DNA of 64,000 bases from Camelus ferus (lineage: Eukaryota). Positions 63,246 to 64,000 of the stretch are shown piece by piece; within the stretch, counting starts at the first letter, position 1, and each line of letters starts with the position of its first letter. Both the position numbers and the translations under genes were made by a program. The notes beneath the pieces are model-generated. The model was not told the origin of the DNA, ran no database searches, and saw only the letters and a program-made list of their open reading frames with translations. The stretch covers positions 69,442,001-69,506,000 of the forward strand of contig NC_045697.1 in assembly GCF_009834535.1 (NCBI RefSeq), given 5' to 3'.

Positions 63246-63869
63246 GGAGAATTAAGAGTAGAAGCAGAAAGACCAGTGGCTGTAAACAAGAGATAGTGAC
63301 TTAGAGTACAGTAGTAGTGGTCGAAGTGGGTCTGGGCAGGACAGACAAAGGAGATGAGAAAAGTAACAACATGCTCTCTGCAGCCTGGAGAGGGAAAGTG
63401 AAAAACCATGGCCCCGATTTCCCCATGGTGGAGAAGCATGCTGGCAGTAACAGAGAGAACAGCTCTGGAAGGATTTTGGCTCCTACAGAAAGGTGTGAAG
63501 ACAGGAAGTCCAAGGAAATGGCCTGACCTGAGCCTGGTCTAACACTCGGTGAAAGGATTGAGAAGCTGACTCCAGGAGCTGGGAGAGTGAAAGTGACAGC
63601 TTCTGGCATCAGCCTGAATTTACAGAGCAAAAGACAGTGGTGACAAGAGCACTGCTGCTGGGTTGAAGTAATCAGAGAAACTCATCTGAATAATAGGTCA
63701 GCCCAAGTGGCTATGATTAAAAATTATTAAAAAGTCATATTCTCAAGTGCTCCTCTATCAGGAAGGGTCAGCAGGTAATTGTAAATACATAAACTCACTG
63801 GTGCTGCACCCTAGACACAGAGGCAGGCTGTTGCCGGACATGCAGGCATTGGCCCTGGATGCAGTCAGC

Positions 63870-64000
63870 CTAGTGGTTAGGACTATCAAGTTTGATGTCA
63901 GAAAGGTTGGGGGGGGGGAGAGTTCCAGCTCCTCTATTGCTAACTGTGTGACCTCAGCAAACTTACTTAAATTTCTAGAAGCTTCAGCTTCCTTGACTGC
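63870..64000 (+). mobile_element. MIR SINE 5' part
   Basis: CTAGTGGTTAGGA..GATGTCAGA..TAACTGTGTGACCTCAGCAAACTTACTTAA. Confidence 0.6.

Noticed and set aside
1..64000. CRISPR arrays, operons or other prokaryotic systems
   Set aside because: Sequence is mammalian; no regularly spaced repeat-spacer array is visible

Overview
Mammalian nuclear DNA, almost certainly camelid (alpaca/camel). The basis is six copies plus one tail fragment of a tRNA-Ala-derived SINE with the camelid Vic-1-type AAATAAACCTAATTACCCCC tail, artiodactyl-type L1 3' ends and an internally deleted Tigger1. The window looks intergenic or intronic and is densely filled with transposon relics: young and old L1, L2, MIR, MaLR (including a two-LTR MLT1F-like element with internal region), MLT2, MER21, LTR33, MER34-like, hAT-Charlie, MER94 and Tigger1. 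I could not recognise any host protein-coding exon, true tRNA gene, rRNA or known miRNA; the ORFs in the track are L1/MaLR/hAT remnants or chance frames. The most interesting observations are: three L1 fragments of different subtypes 5'-truncated within a few nt of one L1 position; a 72-bp direct repeat around a chimeric L1; an ancient Charlie/Buster transposase fossil split by a young L1; a short polyadenylated LTR-like retrocopy; a 144-aa open MaLR internal ORF; candidate minus-strand non-coding exons below a CpG-enriched TATA region; and clusters of immune-type transcription-factor motifs. I do not see convincing evidence of a new biological system. Repeat subfamily names come from recalled consensus sequences, and boundaries of old elements are approximate.
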